Positions 51,901 through 62,900 of a DNA stretch of 64,000 bases are shown piece by piece. The notes below the pieces were generated by a model, which did not search any database, was not told where the DNA came from, and saw nothing but the letters and a program-made list of their open reading frames with translations. Both the position numbers and the translations under genes were made by a program. Within the stretch, counting starts at the first letter, position 1. Each line of letters begins with the position of its first letter. The stretch is taken from positions 4,832,001 through 4,896,000 of the forward strand of contig CAVUSO010000001.1 of the NCBI GenBank assembly GCA_963744145.1, written 5' to 3'. Origin of the DNA: an uncultured cyanobacterium (GTDB taxonomy: Bacteria > Cyanobacteriota > Cyanobacteriia > Cyanobacteriales > CAWUOF01).

Positions 51901-53106
51901 CAACAACACCTTATGATCATCGTAATAGCTAGCTTCTTCTTGTAACGTATTGAGCAACTGAGCTAAATCGCGATGTAAGTCTGCCTCGGTCTGATTATTG
52001 GTCAAGTCGATAAATTGCAATGCTCGGATTACTGGCGGAATTTCCTCCAAATCTATTGTTCGGATTAACAGGGGAATAATCCGTTTATTGAGACTCAGCG
52101 CATAGTCAATCTCTTGCTGACAGTAATGTGATGTTAGTGCATCGGGAGAGATTAAGTAGACTATGTTATCTGCTTGTTCAATACCTCGATTTATTGCCTC
52201 CTCAAATACTTCCCCCGTTTGAATATCTGTTTTATTTGTCCAAACCGTGATCCCCGATCGCAACAATATCCCCCGCACTTGGTGCATCGTAGCAATATCC
52301 ACTTCCGAATAGGAGAAAAACGCCTGGGTCATCAAGTTATTGGCATTTTTGATGCTCTCGCAAATTAACTCACAATGCAACAAGATCGGTTCACAGGGTG
52401 GTTGTTCTTCCTGAAACCGATATTTTAGCCATGCTTCTGCGGTTTCCCGTTCTTCCCCAACTAATAAATAGCGAGTTTGTTTCTGCTGCTGTTCCCATTC
52501 GATCGCTCGATTTAATAAAACTGTATGTTGCCGCACATAGTCCTGATGACGATGAAATATTTCGATTAATCCGCTCAATCCTTTCTCAAAATCATCAATC
52601 CCTTCCTGAACATAGATCCAGTTGATTTTGCTGATGATGGGGTGCATATTCGGGAAACTGGAATGTAATCCCTTTTCCTGATAGATTTGCCATTCTACTT
52701 CTGATTTACCAGGGTGACGCTGGTGCCAAGTCTCCTGACTGATTTGTCCGACGTGCAGGAGTGGAATAATTCGTTTTTTTAGTTGGATGGCTAGTTCAAT
52801 TTCTTTGCGACAATAGGGAGAGTTAACCGAATGAGGCGAAATCAGAAACAGAAAGTTATCGGCTTTGGTGATCCCATCATCAATTTGATTTTGATAATCA
52901 ACCCCCAAGGGAATATCATTGAAATCAAACCACACTTTGAATCCAGCCTGATCAAGTCGGTTTTGGAGTTGAGCTGCAAAGGCTTTACTATCAGCTCGAC
53001 CATAGGAAATAAAAGCATCATAGAAACTGGTGTTGCCACTGGTGTTGGGCAGAGTCGAAACAGGAGTCTCAATATGGTTATTTAGAGATTGAGAGGTATC
53101 TATCAT
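48940..53106 (-). CDS. Triple-TIR, transmembrane, 14xWD40 protein
   Basis: Three TIR units (FISYGRAD..CRKEIELA; FFSYSE..CQQEIDYA; FISYSRAD..CADEVEYA), helix LGLGVMTVVAIVAIGATIYAV, 14 WD40 repeats. Confidence 0.92.
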   Translation of the reverse strand: MIDTSQSLNNHIETPVSTLPNTSGNTSFYDAFISYGRADSKAFAAQLQNRLDQAGFKVWFDFNDIPLGVDYQNQIDDGITKADNFLFLISPHSVNSPYCRKEIELAIQLKKRIIPLLHVGQISQETWHQRHPGKSEVEWQIYQEKGLHSSFPNMHPIISKINWIYVQEGIDDFEKGLSGLIEIFHRHQDYVRQHTVLLNRAIEWEQQQKQTRYLLVGEERETAEAWLKYRFQEEQPPCEPILLHCELICESIKNANNLMTQAFFSYSEVDIATMHQVRGILLRSGITVWTNKTDIQTGEVFEEAINRGIEQADNIVYLISPDALTSHYCQQEIDYALSLNKRIIPLLIRTIDLEEIPPVIRALQFIDLTNNQTEADLHRDLAQLLNTLQEEASYYDDHKVLLSKALKWERQNRNPSILLRGYNLRHAEVWLKGAEQKTHYQPTPLQKAFITESLHQPPAASLDVFISYSRADSDLARQLNDELQMRGKTTWFDQESIASGADFQQEINRGIESADNFLFIISPRSINSPYCADEVEYAAKLNKRFITILYQEVNTAQLHPELAKVQWIDFRQKEGEFYAHLNQLLRTLDTDREYIRNHTKWLRRAIEWKNYGNSNDLLLRGSEFAIADNWFQEAHQGKKQPAVTELQTKFIQSSRNGIEAAAKEEKMRLVRLRLGLGVMTVVAIVAIGATIYAVQKREEANVNSIKAQGQEALSLLNNGQTFDALIPAIQAANKLQQNKTNDPEADSIVKEALQQSVFDVKERNRLVKHKLGVRGLAFSPDGKILASSSFDKRIILWNVSTGEQIRLFTENTSAVMSIRFSPDGQTLASGNMDNKINLWDVNTGKKIRTLTGHNGGILSVVFSPNGQTLASGSFDHTIKLWDVNTGQLLNTLNGHSGWVMSVRFSPDGKTLASGSFDHTIKLWDVNTGQPGLTFTGHEDVVNSVNFSPDGKTLASGSNDKTIKLWNVNTGQIRKTINGHSNSVLIVNFSPDGKTLASGSLDKTIKLWDVNTGQELDTLSGHSSLVNSVFFSPDGKTLASASNDKTIKLWDLSADQQFLTLTKHGGWVSKVSFSPDGKILASASFDHTIKLWNATTGQLGPTLTGHKGEVLSVSFSPDGKTLASSSQDSTIKLWDVNTGQPGPTLTGHKGEVLSVSFSPDGKTLASSSQDTTIKLWDISTGQPGLTLTGHKGIVTSVRFSPDGKTLASGSFDHTIKLWDVNTGQELQTLTGHNGVVFSVSFSPDGKTLASASDDKTIILWDISTGQASPLPGGHSASVMSVSFSPDGKTLASASQDRTIKLWDISTGQELRTLSGHKDMVLSVSFSPDGKTLASGSMDNTIILWNLDFDLNHVLKQGCNWLNAYLHNPDSGASERERHICDDINRRSSL

Positions 53107-53338
53107 AAATTTTTCCAATGGCTAGAGAAATTCATTCTAAAATAGATTATGCCCCCTCAAACTAAAAATTAGAAAAATAGTGCGATTTTGATGATGGACA
53201 GATCCGAGATCCGGACAAAATTATCGCCAAGGTAAAGTTTTGTAAAAGGGTGGTAATAAACTCTTTCACAAATTTTGAGGATTGATATCACACTATTTCA
53301 GATGTTGATCAGCTAGAATCTTGATTAGATTCATATCT

Positions 53339-54298
53339 TTATGGTGAATTGGGATGAAAAGCAGTTTGGAAGTCCATATGTTTTAATGCCCACTGCCAAA
53401 TATTATAACCGCGAGAAGTAAGATGAATGCCATCTGTAGTTAAATCTGGACGTAAATTCCCATCCCGATCGCTTAAATAGGAATAAAGATCCAAATAGGT
53501 AACATTTTCTGTCCGAGCAATCCTGGCAATTTGTTGATTCAGAGCGCGAATTCTGCGGTTAGAGATAGCACTAAAATTAGTTGGCATAATTGATTGAACT
53601 ATGATAGTTGCTTCGGGGTGATAGTAACGTAAATCTTGCATAATTTCGCGGAGGTTATAGAGAATATGCTGATCGCTCATCCCACGACGAATATCGTTAA
53701 TCCCAGCCATAAGATAAATGTGATCTGGTCGAGTTTGATCTAGCGCAGACAAACGGTTTAAAATCCCATCAGTAGTATCTCCAGAAATTCCTTGATTTAG
53801 CCATAATTGACCCCCTGGAAGTGCCTGGGGAGGAAACCATAAACTGAGAGAATCACCAATTAAGACCGCCAGACGATTAGATCCTTGTCCAGTCGCGATC
53901 GCTCGAGCTTCCTGTTCTAAAAGCAATTTCCATTCCTGATAAGTCGGTTGATTAATTGCTCCCGACCAATCATCAAAAAAACTATCTGAAGGTAAACGAG
54001 TATAAATTTTTCCAGCTTTAATTGCTGCTAATCGTTGCTGATATAATTGAGATCCAGAAACTGGTTTGAGAGTTGTATTTCTAGAAAAAGCCTGTAAATT
54101 AGAGGTAAGTTTCAGATCTGGCTGATTAAATTCTGGCGGTGTTACTACTAAATGGGGTAAACTTTGATCAATGGTAGATGCTGGGGAATTAACTAATTTA
54201 GATAGCGTCTCCAATGTGGGCTCGAACTGAGGTGGAATTGACACCGAAATTTGTCCCTTAGTTAATAAACTAAGGGTTAATAGACAAGGATCACTCAT
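53339..54298 (-). CDS. SGNH/GDSL hydrolase
   Basis: GDSLS, NQGISGD, AGIND, DGIH. Confidence 0.9.
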   Translation of the reverse strand: MSDPCLLTLSLLTKGQISVSIPPQFEPTLETLSKLVNSPASTIDQSLPHLVVTPPEFNQPDLKLTSNLQAFSRNTTLKPVSGSQLYQQRLAAIKAGKIYTRLPSDSFFDDWSGAINQPTYQEWKLLLEQEARAIATGQGSNRLAVLIGDSLSLWFPPQALPGGQLWLNQGISGDTTDGILNRLSALDQTRPDHIYLMAGINDIRRGMSDQHILYNLREIMQDLRYYHPEATIIVQSIMPTNFSAISNRRIRALNQQIARIARTENVTYLDLYSYLSDRDGNLRPDLTTDGIHLTSRGYNIWQWALKHMDFQTAFHPNSP

Positions 54299-54522
54299 TC
54301 AGCATGACTCCGGAAAACTCTTCCTTACCTTTAACGGACAGAATTGCCAAATTCAGGAAAGTTTATCAATCAGCCACTCAAATTTGTCTATTGTTTGACT
54401 TATCCTATTTAATGATTAAATTTTCCTGGATTTAGTCCAGCCTAACTAACAATAGCAGAGATCAGGATGAATAGCTAGAATTCATCCCTTACCGCGATCG
54501 CTGATTTGAGTTGATTTAGAGA

Positions 54523-55104
54523 TTAGCTATGCAACTTTTTGAGAATCGTCGCTAACTTTTTGCCGAGATTTTCTACCGATTCCTGCTTTTGCGGATCTTC
54601 TAACTTACCATGAGCATTAAAAGCTGTCTGAGCATGGGGAATGGCAATCTGATCAGGTAGGACAGTCACCTTAATATTTCCCAGGATCGATCGCAAAGTA
54701 ACCAAACCACGTAAACCTCCTAATCCACCTGGAGAAGTGCTCATCAGTACAGCAACTTTATCAGCAAAACAAGCTAAAGGAGCTTCACCAGGAGCTGGAC
54801 GAGATGCCCAATCAATCGCATTTTTTAAAACTGGTGTCACCGAACTATTATATTCTGGAGAAGCAATTAAAAGACCTTGATGTCCATTCATCAGCTCTTT
54901 CAACTTGAGGACATTAGATGGAAGTCCATCTTTCGCTTCTAAATCTTCATCAAATAGAGGTAGAGGAATATTACGCAGATCTAGATATGTCACCTCAATA
55001 CCTGCTGATCTTGCTCCCCCAGCCGCAATTTGGACGAGCTTTTTGTTATAAGATTCAATGCGTGTGCTACCAGCAAAGGCTAGGATTCGGGGTGGAGTTG
55101 TCAT
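54523..55104 (-). CDS. NADPH-dependent FMN reductase
   Basis: AGSTRIESYN, ASPEYNSS, LKNAIDWASR, SPGGLGGLRG. Confidence 0.92.
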   Translation of the reverse strand: MTTPPRILAFAGSTRIESYNKKLVQIAAGGARSAGIEVTYLDLRNIPLPLFDEDLEAKDGLPSNVLKLKELMNGHQGLLIASPEYNSSVTPVLKNAIDWASRPAPGEAPLACFADKVAVLMSTSPGGLGGLRGLVTLRSILGNIKVTVLPDQIAIPHAQTAFNAHGKLEDPQKQESVENLGKKLATILKKLHS

Positions 55105-55261
55105 AGGTTCTAGTGCGGAGCAAATTTGTAGGAATAGTTTTCATCAGTATGACACTAATGAGACATATTTTGGTATGGTTTTCCCCACCCAGCGGTATCC
55201 CTAGTCCTCAATCTGATTAGGGACTTATACCCAAACATCTCACTCAATCTAGATGATCATC

Positions 55262-56305
55262 TCAAATTGAAGTAGAATATTTTTTAGCTGATGTAATGAA
55301 GGCATATATATCTTCTACTTTGGTGTTAAAAGCTGTCACTAAACGGATGACGTTTTCACCGTTTTCTGGCCAGTTATAAAATTGAAATCCATCGGCTAAC
55401 AGACCTTGAATTATTTTTTCTGGCAATTGAACAAAAATTTCATTTGCTTCGACAGGATAACAAAGTTTTACCTCTGGTAATGATATTAATCCTGCGGCTA
55501 ATTGGGTGGCCATTTGATTAGCATGACTAGCATTGTTTAGCCATAAATTATCAGTAAGATAAGCTTCTAATTGAGCTGAGAAAAATCGCATTTTGGCAAA
55601 TAAATGTCCACCCCGCTTCCGACGATATTTAACAGTTTCGGTTAACGAACGATCAAAAAATACTATAGCTTCAGCAGCGATCGCCCCATTTTTGCTCGCT
55701 CCAAAAGATAGCACATCCACACCAGCTTTCCAGGTAAGATCTGCCGGAGTACAGCCTAAACTTACCACAGCATTAGCGAAACGAGCGCCATCAAGATGTA
55801 ATTTGAGATGATGAGCATGGGTGAGTTCAGCAATTTGGCGAATTTCTGCTAAGGTATAAACTGTTCCTGCTTCTGTTGCTTGAGTGATAGAAACCGCAGC
55901 TGGTTGAACGTGATGGGGAACACCTGACCCGGCTTGGTTTAACACTTCTGCTAAATCAGTTACTTGAATTTTCTGCTGTTCTCCAGGAATTGATACTAAT
56001 TTAGCCCCACCAGTATAAAATTCTGGGGCACCACATTCATCAAGATTAATATGGGATTTTGCATGACAATAAATGGCACCAAAGGAAGGAGAAATTACCG
56101 ATAAAGCGATCGCATTAGCTGCTGTACCAGTACCAACAGGAAAAACTGTCACCTGAGTTTCAAATAATTCTGATAATTTTGTTTCTAGTCTCTGGGTATA
56201 TTCATCATTACCATAGGGCATAGCTGTCCCATGATTTGCCGCTACTAGTGCAGCGATTATTTCTGGGGATGCTCCAGTCACATTATCACTAGAGAAATTG
56301 ATCAT
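55262..56305 (-). CDS. ltaE: Low-specificity L-threonine aldolase
   Basis: FSSDN, GTAAN, DECGAPE, TEAGTVY, HLDGAR, GASKNG. Confidence 0.9.
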   Translation of the reverse strand: MINFSSDNVTGASPEIIAALVAANHGTAMPYGNDEYTQRLETKLSELFETQVTVFPVGTGTAANAIALSVISPSFGAIYCHAKSHINLDECGAPEFYTGGAKLVSIPGEQQKIQVTDLAEVLNQAGSGVPHHVQPAAVSITQATEAGTVYTLAEIRQIAELTHAHHLKLHLDGARFANAVVSLGCTPADLTWKAGVDVLSFGASKNGAIAAEAIVFFDRSLTETVKYRRKRGGHLFAKMRFFSAQLEAYLTDNLWLNNASHANQMATQLAAGLISLPEVKLCYPVEANEIFVQLPEKIIQGLLADGFQFYNWPENGENVIRLVTAFNTKVEDIYAFITSAKKYSTSI

Positions 56306-56410
56306 TTGCTGATTATCAAAACCTACAGTTAAAATTATATGACGGAATCATGTAGGATTACTATAGTCATCTATACTTGAGAAATTATTAAACCAAAAGG
56401 AGTTAATCTA

Positions 56411-58081
56411 ATGAAGCAATGGCAACAATTTCTGGGGATATTTTCCTCAAGCAAGTTTCTGATCCTTGTGATAGTTTATACCTTGACAATCGGACTGTCA
56501 AGTTGTCAAGTTGCTTCCCACTCCAACAATACTCAAAATCCGAATAGTCCAGCAAACCCATCCACAGTGCTAGTTTACGGTTCCGGTGGGCAACCAGTCA
56601 ATCTCGAATCGGGCAATGTCGTAGATGGAAATTCTCTAACTGTCCAAGAGCAAATCTATGATCATTTGATTAGATTTAAGCCCGGTACGACGGAAATTGA
56701 ACCAAGTTTAGCTACATCTTGGGATGGTTCTGCTGATAGTAAAGTTTGGACGTTTAAATTACGTCAAGGGGTGAAGTTTCAAGACGGTAGTAATTTTGAT
56801 GCAGCAGCAGTTAAATTTAATGTTGACCGATGGTGGGATGCAACAGATCAGTACGGGTATCGCAATGCTGGGAAAACTTATGAAATTTGGCCAGAATTAT
56901 TTGGTGGTTATAAAGGTGATAAAAAATCTTTAGTTAAAGATGTCATAGTTGTCGATCAATATACTATTCAATTTGTGCTTAATCAATCTTTTGCTGTTTT
57001 TCCAATGGTGATTGGTTCGGGTAACTTTGGCATTGCTAGTCCTACGGCAATTAAACAAGCTGGTGCTAATTACGGAACTGGAAATTCTTTAGCAGTAGGA
57101 ACGGGACCTTTTATATTTAAAGAATGGCGTACTGGCGATCGAATTATTTTAGAAAAAAATCCAAATTATTGGCAAAAAGTCAACTCTCCAATTCAACAAT
57201 TAATCATTCGCTTTATTACCGATCCCGCAGCAAGACTTGCCCAACTCCGAGCTAATCAGATTGATCTGACCGTAGATTTAGCACCAGATCAAATGTCAGA
57301 AATTCAAAGCGATCGCAATTTAGAAGCACTGGCACGTCCTTCTTTGAATGTCGGTTATTTAAGCCTCAATCCTAGTTATAAACCCCTAACAAATATCAAA
57401 ATTAGACAAGCGATCGCCATGGCAATCAATAAAAAAGAGATCGTGAAAGCATTTTGGGGAAAATTAGGAATTAGTGATAGTCATTTTACTCCTCCTTCCT
57501 TAGCTTGGTCACAATCGCCAAAATTAACTGACTACGAATATAATCCCCAGCAAGCTAAACAACTATTAACTGAAGCTGGTTATCCCAATGGATTTGATTT
57601 AGACCTCTGGTATATGCCCGTTTCTCGTCCCTATTTTCCCACTCCCAAACCAATTGCAGAAGCTTTCGCAGCAGATTTAAGCAATATTGGGATTAGAGTT
57701 AAACTAAAAACCAAAGACTGGGCTGCATATTTAAGCGATCGGCAAAAATCACCTGGATATCAATCATTTATGCTAGGTTGGACTGCGGATTATGGAGATC
57801 CTGATAACTTCTATTATGCCCACTTCGGTCCAGGTTCTACCCAAGACTTAGGGGACTGGAAAAATGATCAAGTTATTCAGCTTTTACAGCAAGGAAGAGC
57901 AACAGTAGATCCAGCAATTAGAGCTAAAATTTACAGTGAAATTGACGAAATTCTCTTTAAAGAATTAGTCAGAATCCCAATTGTCCATTCCCAACCCCTT
58001 TTAGGAAAACGGAAAAATATTACTGGTTGGATTCCCAGTCCATCAGGTATAGAACCTTTGATCGGAATTGAAAAAAACTAA
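56411..58081 (+). CDS. Peptide ABC transporter substrate-binding lipoprotein (DppA-like)
   Basis: LSSC lipobox, PSLATSW, LRQGVKFQDG, GTGPF, GWTADYGDPDNF. Confidence 0.92.
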   Translation: MKQWQQFLGIFSSSKFLILVIVYTLTIGLSSCQVASHSNNTQNPNSPANPSTVLVYGSGGQPVNLESGNVVDGNSLTVQEQIYDHLIRFKPGTTEIEPSLATSWDGSADSKVWTFKLRQGVKFQDGSNFDAAAVKFNVDRWWDATDQYGYRNAGKTYEIWPELFGGYKGDKKSLVKDVIVVDQYTIQFVLNQSFAVFPMVIGSGNFGIASPTAIKQAGANYGTGNSLAVGTGPFIFKEWRTGDRIILEKNPNYWQKVNSPIQQLIIRFITDPAARLAQLRANQIDLTVDLAPDQMSEIQSDRNLEALARPSLNVGYLSLNPSYKPLTNIKIRQAIAMAINKKEIVKAFWGKLGISDSHFTPPSLAWSQSPKLTDYEYNPQQAKQLLTEAGYPNGFDLDLWYMPVSRPYFPTPKPIAEAFAADLSNIGIRVKLKTKDWAAYLSDRQKSPGYQSFMLGWTADYGDPDNFYYAHFGPGSTQDLGDWKNDQVIQLLQQGRATVDPAIRAKIYSEIDEILFKELVRIPIVHSQPLLGKRKNITGWIPSPSGIEPLIGIEKN

Positions 58082-58113
58082 CCTACCCACCATCAACCAT
58101 TAATTAAAGAAGA

Positions 58114-59124
58114 ATGTGGAAATATATCACCAAAAGACTACTAACTTTATTACCCGTTCTAATTGGTATTACCCTATTAGTATTCAGCTTTTTGCATCTA
58201 ATTCCTGGAGATCCTGCTGTATTCCTCTTAGGAGAAAGAGCCACTCCAGAACAAACCGAATTTTTAAGAGAGCAACTAGGATTAAATCAACCGCTACCAT
58301 TACAGTATTTGACTTTTCTAAGTAACTTACTACAGGGAAACTTCGGAACTAGCATCATTAGTGGCAAAAGCATTGCTGAAGAAATTAGCTTTCGTTTTCC
58401 CGCTACCTTTGAATTATCAATTGCAGCCATATTAATCGCATTAATCCTAGGAATTCCCGCTGGAATTTTGGCAGCAGTTTGGAAAAATAGCTGGATCGAT
58501 AATTTATTAATGAGCGGCTCTTTAATCGGTGTTTCTCTACCAGTATATTGGCTAGGATTACTCCTGATTTATTTATTTGCAGTTAATTTACAATGGCTTC
58601 CTCCGAGTGGGAGAATTAGTATTGATGTCGGTTTGACTTTTAAATCAATAACTGGGTTTTATTTGCTTGATACCTTAGTAACATTCAACTTCAAAGGATT
58701 CAGTGATGCGATCGCCCATTTAATTTTACCAGCTTGTACATTAGGGACTATTCCCCTCGCGATCATTGCGAGAATTACCCGTAGTGCGATGTTAGAAGTG
58801 CTATCTCAAGACTATATTCGGACAGCTAGAGCCAAAGGACTATCTGAATATATCGTAATTTTCCATCATGCCTTAAAAAACGCTTTTTTACCAATCAGCA
58901 CAATCATTGGATTACAATTTGGTACACTTTTAGGTGGTGCAATTCTGACCGAAACTATTTTTTCATGGCCCGGAATCGGTTCATGGATCTATGAGGGAAT
59001 TTTAGCTAGAGATTATCCAGTCGTTCAAGGTGGAGTAGTTTTTGTATCGACAACTTTTGTAATCATTAATTTACTGGTTGATATTGGTTATGTTTTTATT
59101 GATCCGCGCATTGAGTATAAATAA
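58114..59124 (+). CDS. Peptide ABC transporter permease (DppB-like)
   Basis: IPGDPA, DYIRTARAKGL, TETIFSWPGIG, RDYPVVQG. Confidence 0.93.
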   Translation: MWKYITKRLLTLLPVLIGITLLVFSFLHLIPGDPAVFLLGERATPEQTEFLREQLGLNQPLPLQYLTFLSNLLQGNFGTSIISGKSIAEEISFRFPATFELSIAAILIALILGIPAGILAAVWKNSWIDNLLMSGSLIGVSLPVYWLGLLLIYLFAVNLQWLPPSGRISIDVGLTFKSITGFYLLDTLVTFNFKGFSDAIAHLILPACTLGTIPLAIIARITRSAMLEVLSQDYIRTARAKGLSEYIVIFHHALKNAFLPISTIIGLQFGTLLGGAILTETIFSWPGIGSWIYEGILARDYPVVQGGVVFVSTTFVIINLLVDIGYVFIDPRIEYK

Positions 59125-59129
59125 ACTTA

Positions 59130-59373
59130 TACCAATAACCCATGAAATTGCACTTAATCTGAGGTTGATCTGTTAGGCTAGGGCAGGTTTATAATGGTGA
59201 TCTGTTGGTGACAGAATTGATTGGTGAACCTGCCCCTACCAATTTTATCCTCTATTTGCAGGTTTTTGTAGGGGTGGGTTCACCGAGATTTTTGAGATTT
59301 ACCTACTAATCATAAAAACCCACCCTCACCCACAGATCAATCTTATCAACGTATCTTTAAGCGTAAATTGGTA
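59130..59373. mobile_element. MITE-like element (TACCAAT..ATTGGTA ends) carrying the same REP doublet family
   Basis: GGTGAACCTGCCCCTAC ... GTAGGGGTGGGTTCACC between inverted TACCAAT ends. Confidence 0.7.
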
Positions 59374-59686
59374 TTACTTAATTATAGTTATAAAATAAAA
59401 AACTAGGCTAAATGCCTAGTAATTTTCGGGTGTTTGTTAAATAGGATGTGTTTGAGCTGCTAAGATTAGTTCGGATATCACTTAGCAGTTTTTTGTCGAT
59501 TAGGTGTTTTAGACTAGCTTTATATATAATATTCATTAAATTTATTAATTAATAGATAAAAAAGTAATTCTTCTGAGTATGATAAATTTACTAACCTGAC
59601 TATGCTAAAAGTCATGGTAGGGCCACAAAATACCAAAAATAATCCTTAGAAATACCCTACCAATAAAAAACTGGTCTAGTTTTTCG

Positions 59687-59857
59687 TCACCTTTTTTCTA
59701 AAAACTGTGCAATCCATTGATAAAAAAAAGCCCCTAATGTTAAACCAGCAAGACCAACCAGTCCTAATGGGGGTGGTGCTGGGAGTGGCAATTTTAGCCA
59801 ACTAAAAATAATCCCAATGATCCAACCAGCAAATAGGGAAATTATGACTTCTTTCAT
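59687..59857 (-). CDS. XapX/DUF1427-family small membrane protein
   Basis: SLFAGWIIGIIF..LKLPLPAPP..GLVG; probable start ATG 59857. Confidence 0.8.
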   Translation of the reverse strand: MKEVIISLFAGWIIGIIFSWLKLPLPAPPPLGLVGLAGLTLGAFFYQWIAQFLEKR

Positions 59858-59927
59858 AATGTTTTGATTCCATGACATAAGGATATTATTAGTTAATTGA
59901 GGATGTTTAGTTTATTTCCTTGAGCAA

Positions 59928-62900
59928 TCACGTCATAATAATTCGAGAACCTTCTGGAAACTTCTCTATTTTGATTTGCGTTCCTAATTCTTCTCCCAAA
60001 GCTAGAACATGAGTGATTACACCCACTAATTTATCTTGCTGACCCAAAGATTGTAGGATATTTGAGACACTTTGCAGAGTTTCACTATCTAATGTCCCAA
60101 ATCCCTCATCGATAAACAGACTACCTAATTTAGCTCCTCTTGACAGCTTTTCTGAGAGTGCTAAAGCTAGGGATAAAGAAGTAGCAAAGGTTTCACCACC
60201 AGATAGAGTCTGTACCCGTCTTGGTTCACCACCATTCCAGTTATCTTCTACATAATATTCCTTATCGTCATATTTTAAAGCATATCGCTGTTCTGTAAGT
60301 TCTCGCAGAAACACTGTTGCTTGCGCTACTAACTCCTGCTCAAAATGCTTGAGAATATAAGCTTGAAAGCGATCGGATTTTAACTCTTTAGCTAAGATCC
60401 GATAAGTTTCTAAATCTTGTTCTTTGCTGGATAGTTGAGCTTGTAATTTTTGCGAGCGATCGCGATCATCTTTAGCTCTAGTAATCCAAAGTTTTAAATC
60501 GTTGGATTCTTTTTGTGCTTGCTGATATTTTTCTTCAGCAACAGCAACAGCATTTTGATACTGGATAATTATTTCTGCATTTGTACTTTTATCCCCAATT
60601 TCGCTAGTGTTTTGGGTGACAAGAGTTTCTAGTTTAAGTTTTTCATTATCGTGTTGTGTAATTTCCTGCTGCCATTTATTTTGTGATGCTGATGATGCTT
60701 TTCTTTCCTCAAATATTGCTTCTGTAAAATTTTCTGATGACAAACGAGTTTGCCATTCAGTTTCTACTTTTACTTTCTCAGTTGAAGCTAAATTAAAGTC
60801 TTCTCCTGCTTTTAAATTATTTTGATCAGCTTGGCGAAATTGATCACGAGCAGTTTGATAAAGCTGATTTGCTTGCTGAAGACAATCAGCTAAATTGCGT
60901 TTATCTTGCTCTAGCTTTTGGGATAAATTATCATAAGACTCCCCACCAGTAAGTTCTAATAATTTGTCTAATATTTCCTGACGTTGTGTTTTTTGGTGTT
61001 CTACTTCATCGATCGCATCTTGATGCTGGGATTGCATATCTGATAACTTATCTTTAGCAAATTGCAACTTTTGTTCACTTGCTTTTACTTCTCCATCTGC
61101 TTTTTCTTGCTGAATTAAAGCTTCTTTATGTTTACGATCACTTTCCTGTAGTGTTTGCAATTCCTGCTGAAGTTCCTGAACTTCCCATTTATCTATTGTT
61201 AATATAGCAATAATCTGTTGTTTCTCTATCTGAAGATCAGCTTCTTTTTGCGCTAATACTTGGTGGCTTTCATTTTCTTGATTTTTGAGATTATCCCTAT
61301 TTGCTTCAGCTTTAGTTTTGGCTTCAGCATCTTTTTGACGGTTTTTGTCAGCAGTATTAGCGCGTTTTTCCAGTGCTTTAAGATCGGAGGAAGATTCTAG
61401 TTGTGGTAATAAGTGAGCTTCGGGATAAACTCCACCACAAACTGAACAATTATCACCAGGATGTAGGAATGATCGTAAAGCTAACGCATGATTTTGTTTT
61501 CTGCTAGTATCTAATTCAACCTGAGCTTTTTCATACTGTTCTGTAGATTTTTGCCATTTTAAAATAGCAGAATTCAAATCATTTTCAGCGGTGATTAACT
61601 GTTGGGTAATTTTTTGTAACTTAGAACGTTCACTTTCAACTTGCTTGTGAATACCTTCCCATTTAATTAGGAGTGGACTAACTTGATTAAGCTGCTCTAG
61701 TCTGGGGCGATCGGGAGCATATTGAGAAACTTCATTCTTAGCTTTAGTCAAACTCTGATTTTTTTTGTTTAATTCAGTTTCAGCCGTTTTTACAGCTTGA
61801 TTGGATTCAGTGACAAGTTTAACTTTTTCTGCTAATATTTTCTCTAACCGCTCTACTTTATCATTAATTCTGCGTCTCTGCTCTTCATAGATTTTAGCAG
61901 CATTAAGAGCTTCTTCTTGCTGTTTTAGCTGTGGTGCAATTTGATCGTGATTAGCTTGTACTTGACTTAAATTGTCCTCCTGAATTTTCAAAGCTGATTT
62001 TTGAGCAATCAAAGTTTTAGCAGCTTTTTCAACAGCAATTTTGCTATTATTATAACGAGTACGAGCAGAATTTACTGATGTCCAAATAGCTGATAAGCGA
62101 TCGCAAACTCGCGCTTGTTCTAAATTCAGTCTTAACACACTTATGTTTGCAGATTTTTGATTTAATTGCTCAAGTTGCTGTTTCCACTCTGCTAAAGTTT
62201 TCAGACGCTGAAACAATTGATTTTCTGTAGCTAATGCTGTTTGTGCATTCGCTACTGCTTTACTTAAGTGAGGTAATTCTTGTTCGAGCAAATTAGAGCG
62301 ATCGCATCGAGAATTAAATTCTATATCTGAGATCACATCAATTATACTTAGCTCATGTTGAATAGCTTTATATTCACCTCCCAGAGAATTAGCTTTATTT
62401 TCAGCTTCTTGACGCATAGCTGGAAAGATTTTTTCATATCCAGCTAATTGACTTAATATCTTCCGGCGATCGACACCTTTACCTTTAAGGAACTCATCAA
62501 ACTGTCCTTGAGGTAAGAGGATAACCTTGGTAAAAGTCTCAAAATTCATCCTCAAAATATTCTCAATAGTCGCATTAATATCTGCTTCCTTCTGTTCTCC
62601 TAAAGTTTGCCAATCATCTTGAATCCGCTTTTCTAACTTGAAGTTATTCTGGGTTGTTTTAGTCCGGTATAACCACGATCGTAAAACTTGATACTCAATC
62701 TCATCTACCAAAAAACGTAACGATACCTGTAATTTTGAACTACCCTGACTCAATAATTCCTTGGGTTGCGTTTTACCACTAAATCTTGCTACCTTTCCAT
62801 AAAGTGCCAAAGTCATAGCATCAAGCAAAGATGATTTACCCGCACCAGTTGGACCAGTAATTGCAAATAACTCCAGTTTCTCAAAATTAATCTTGGTTTG

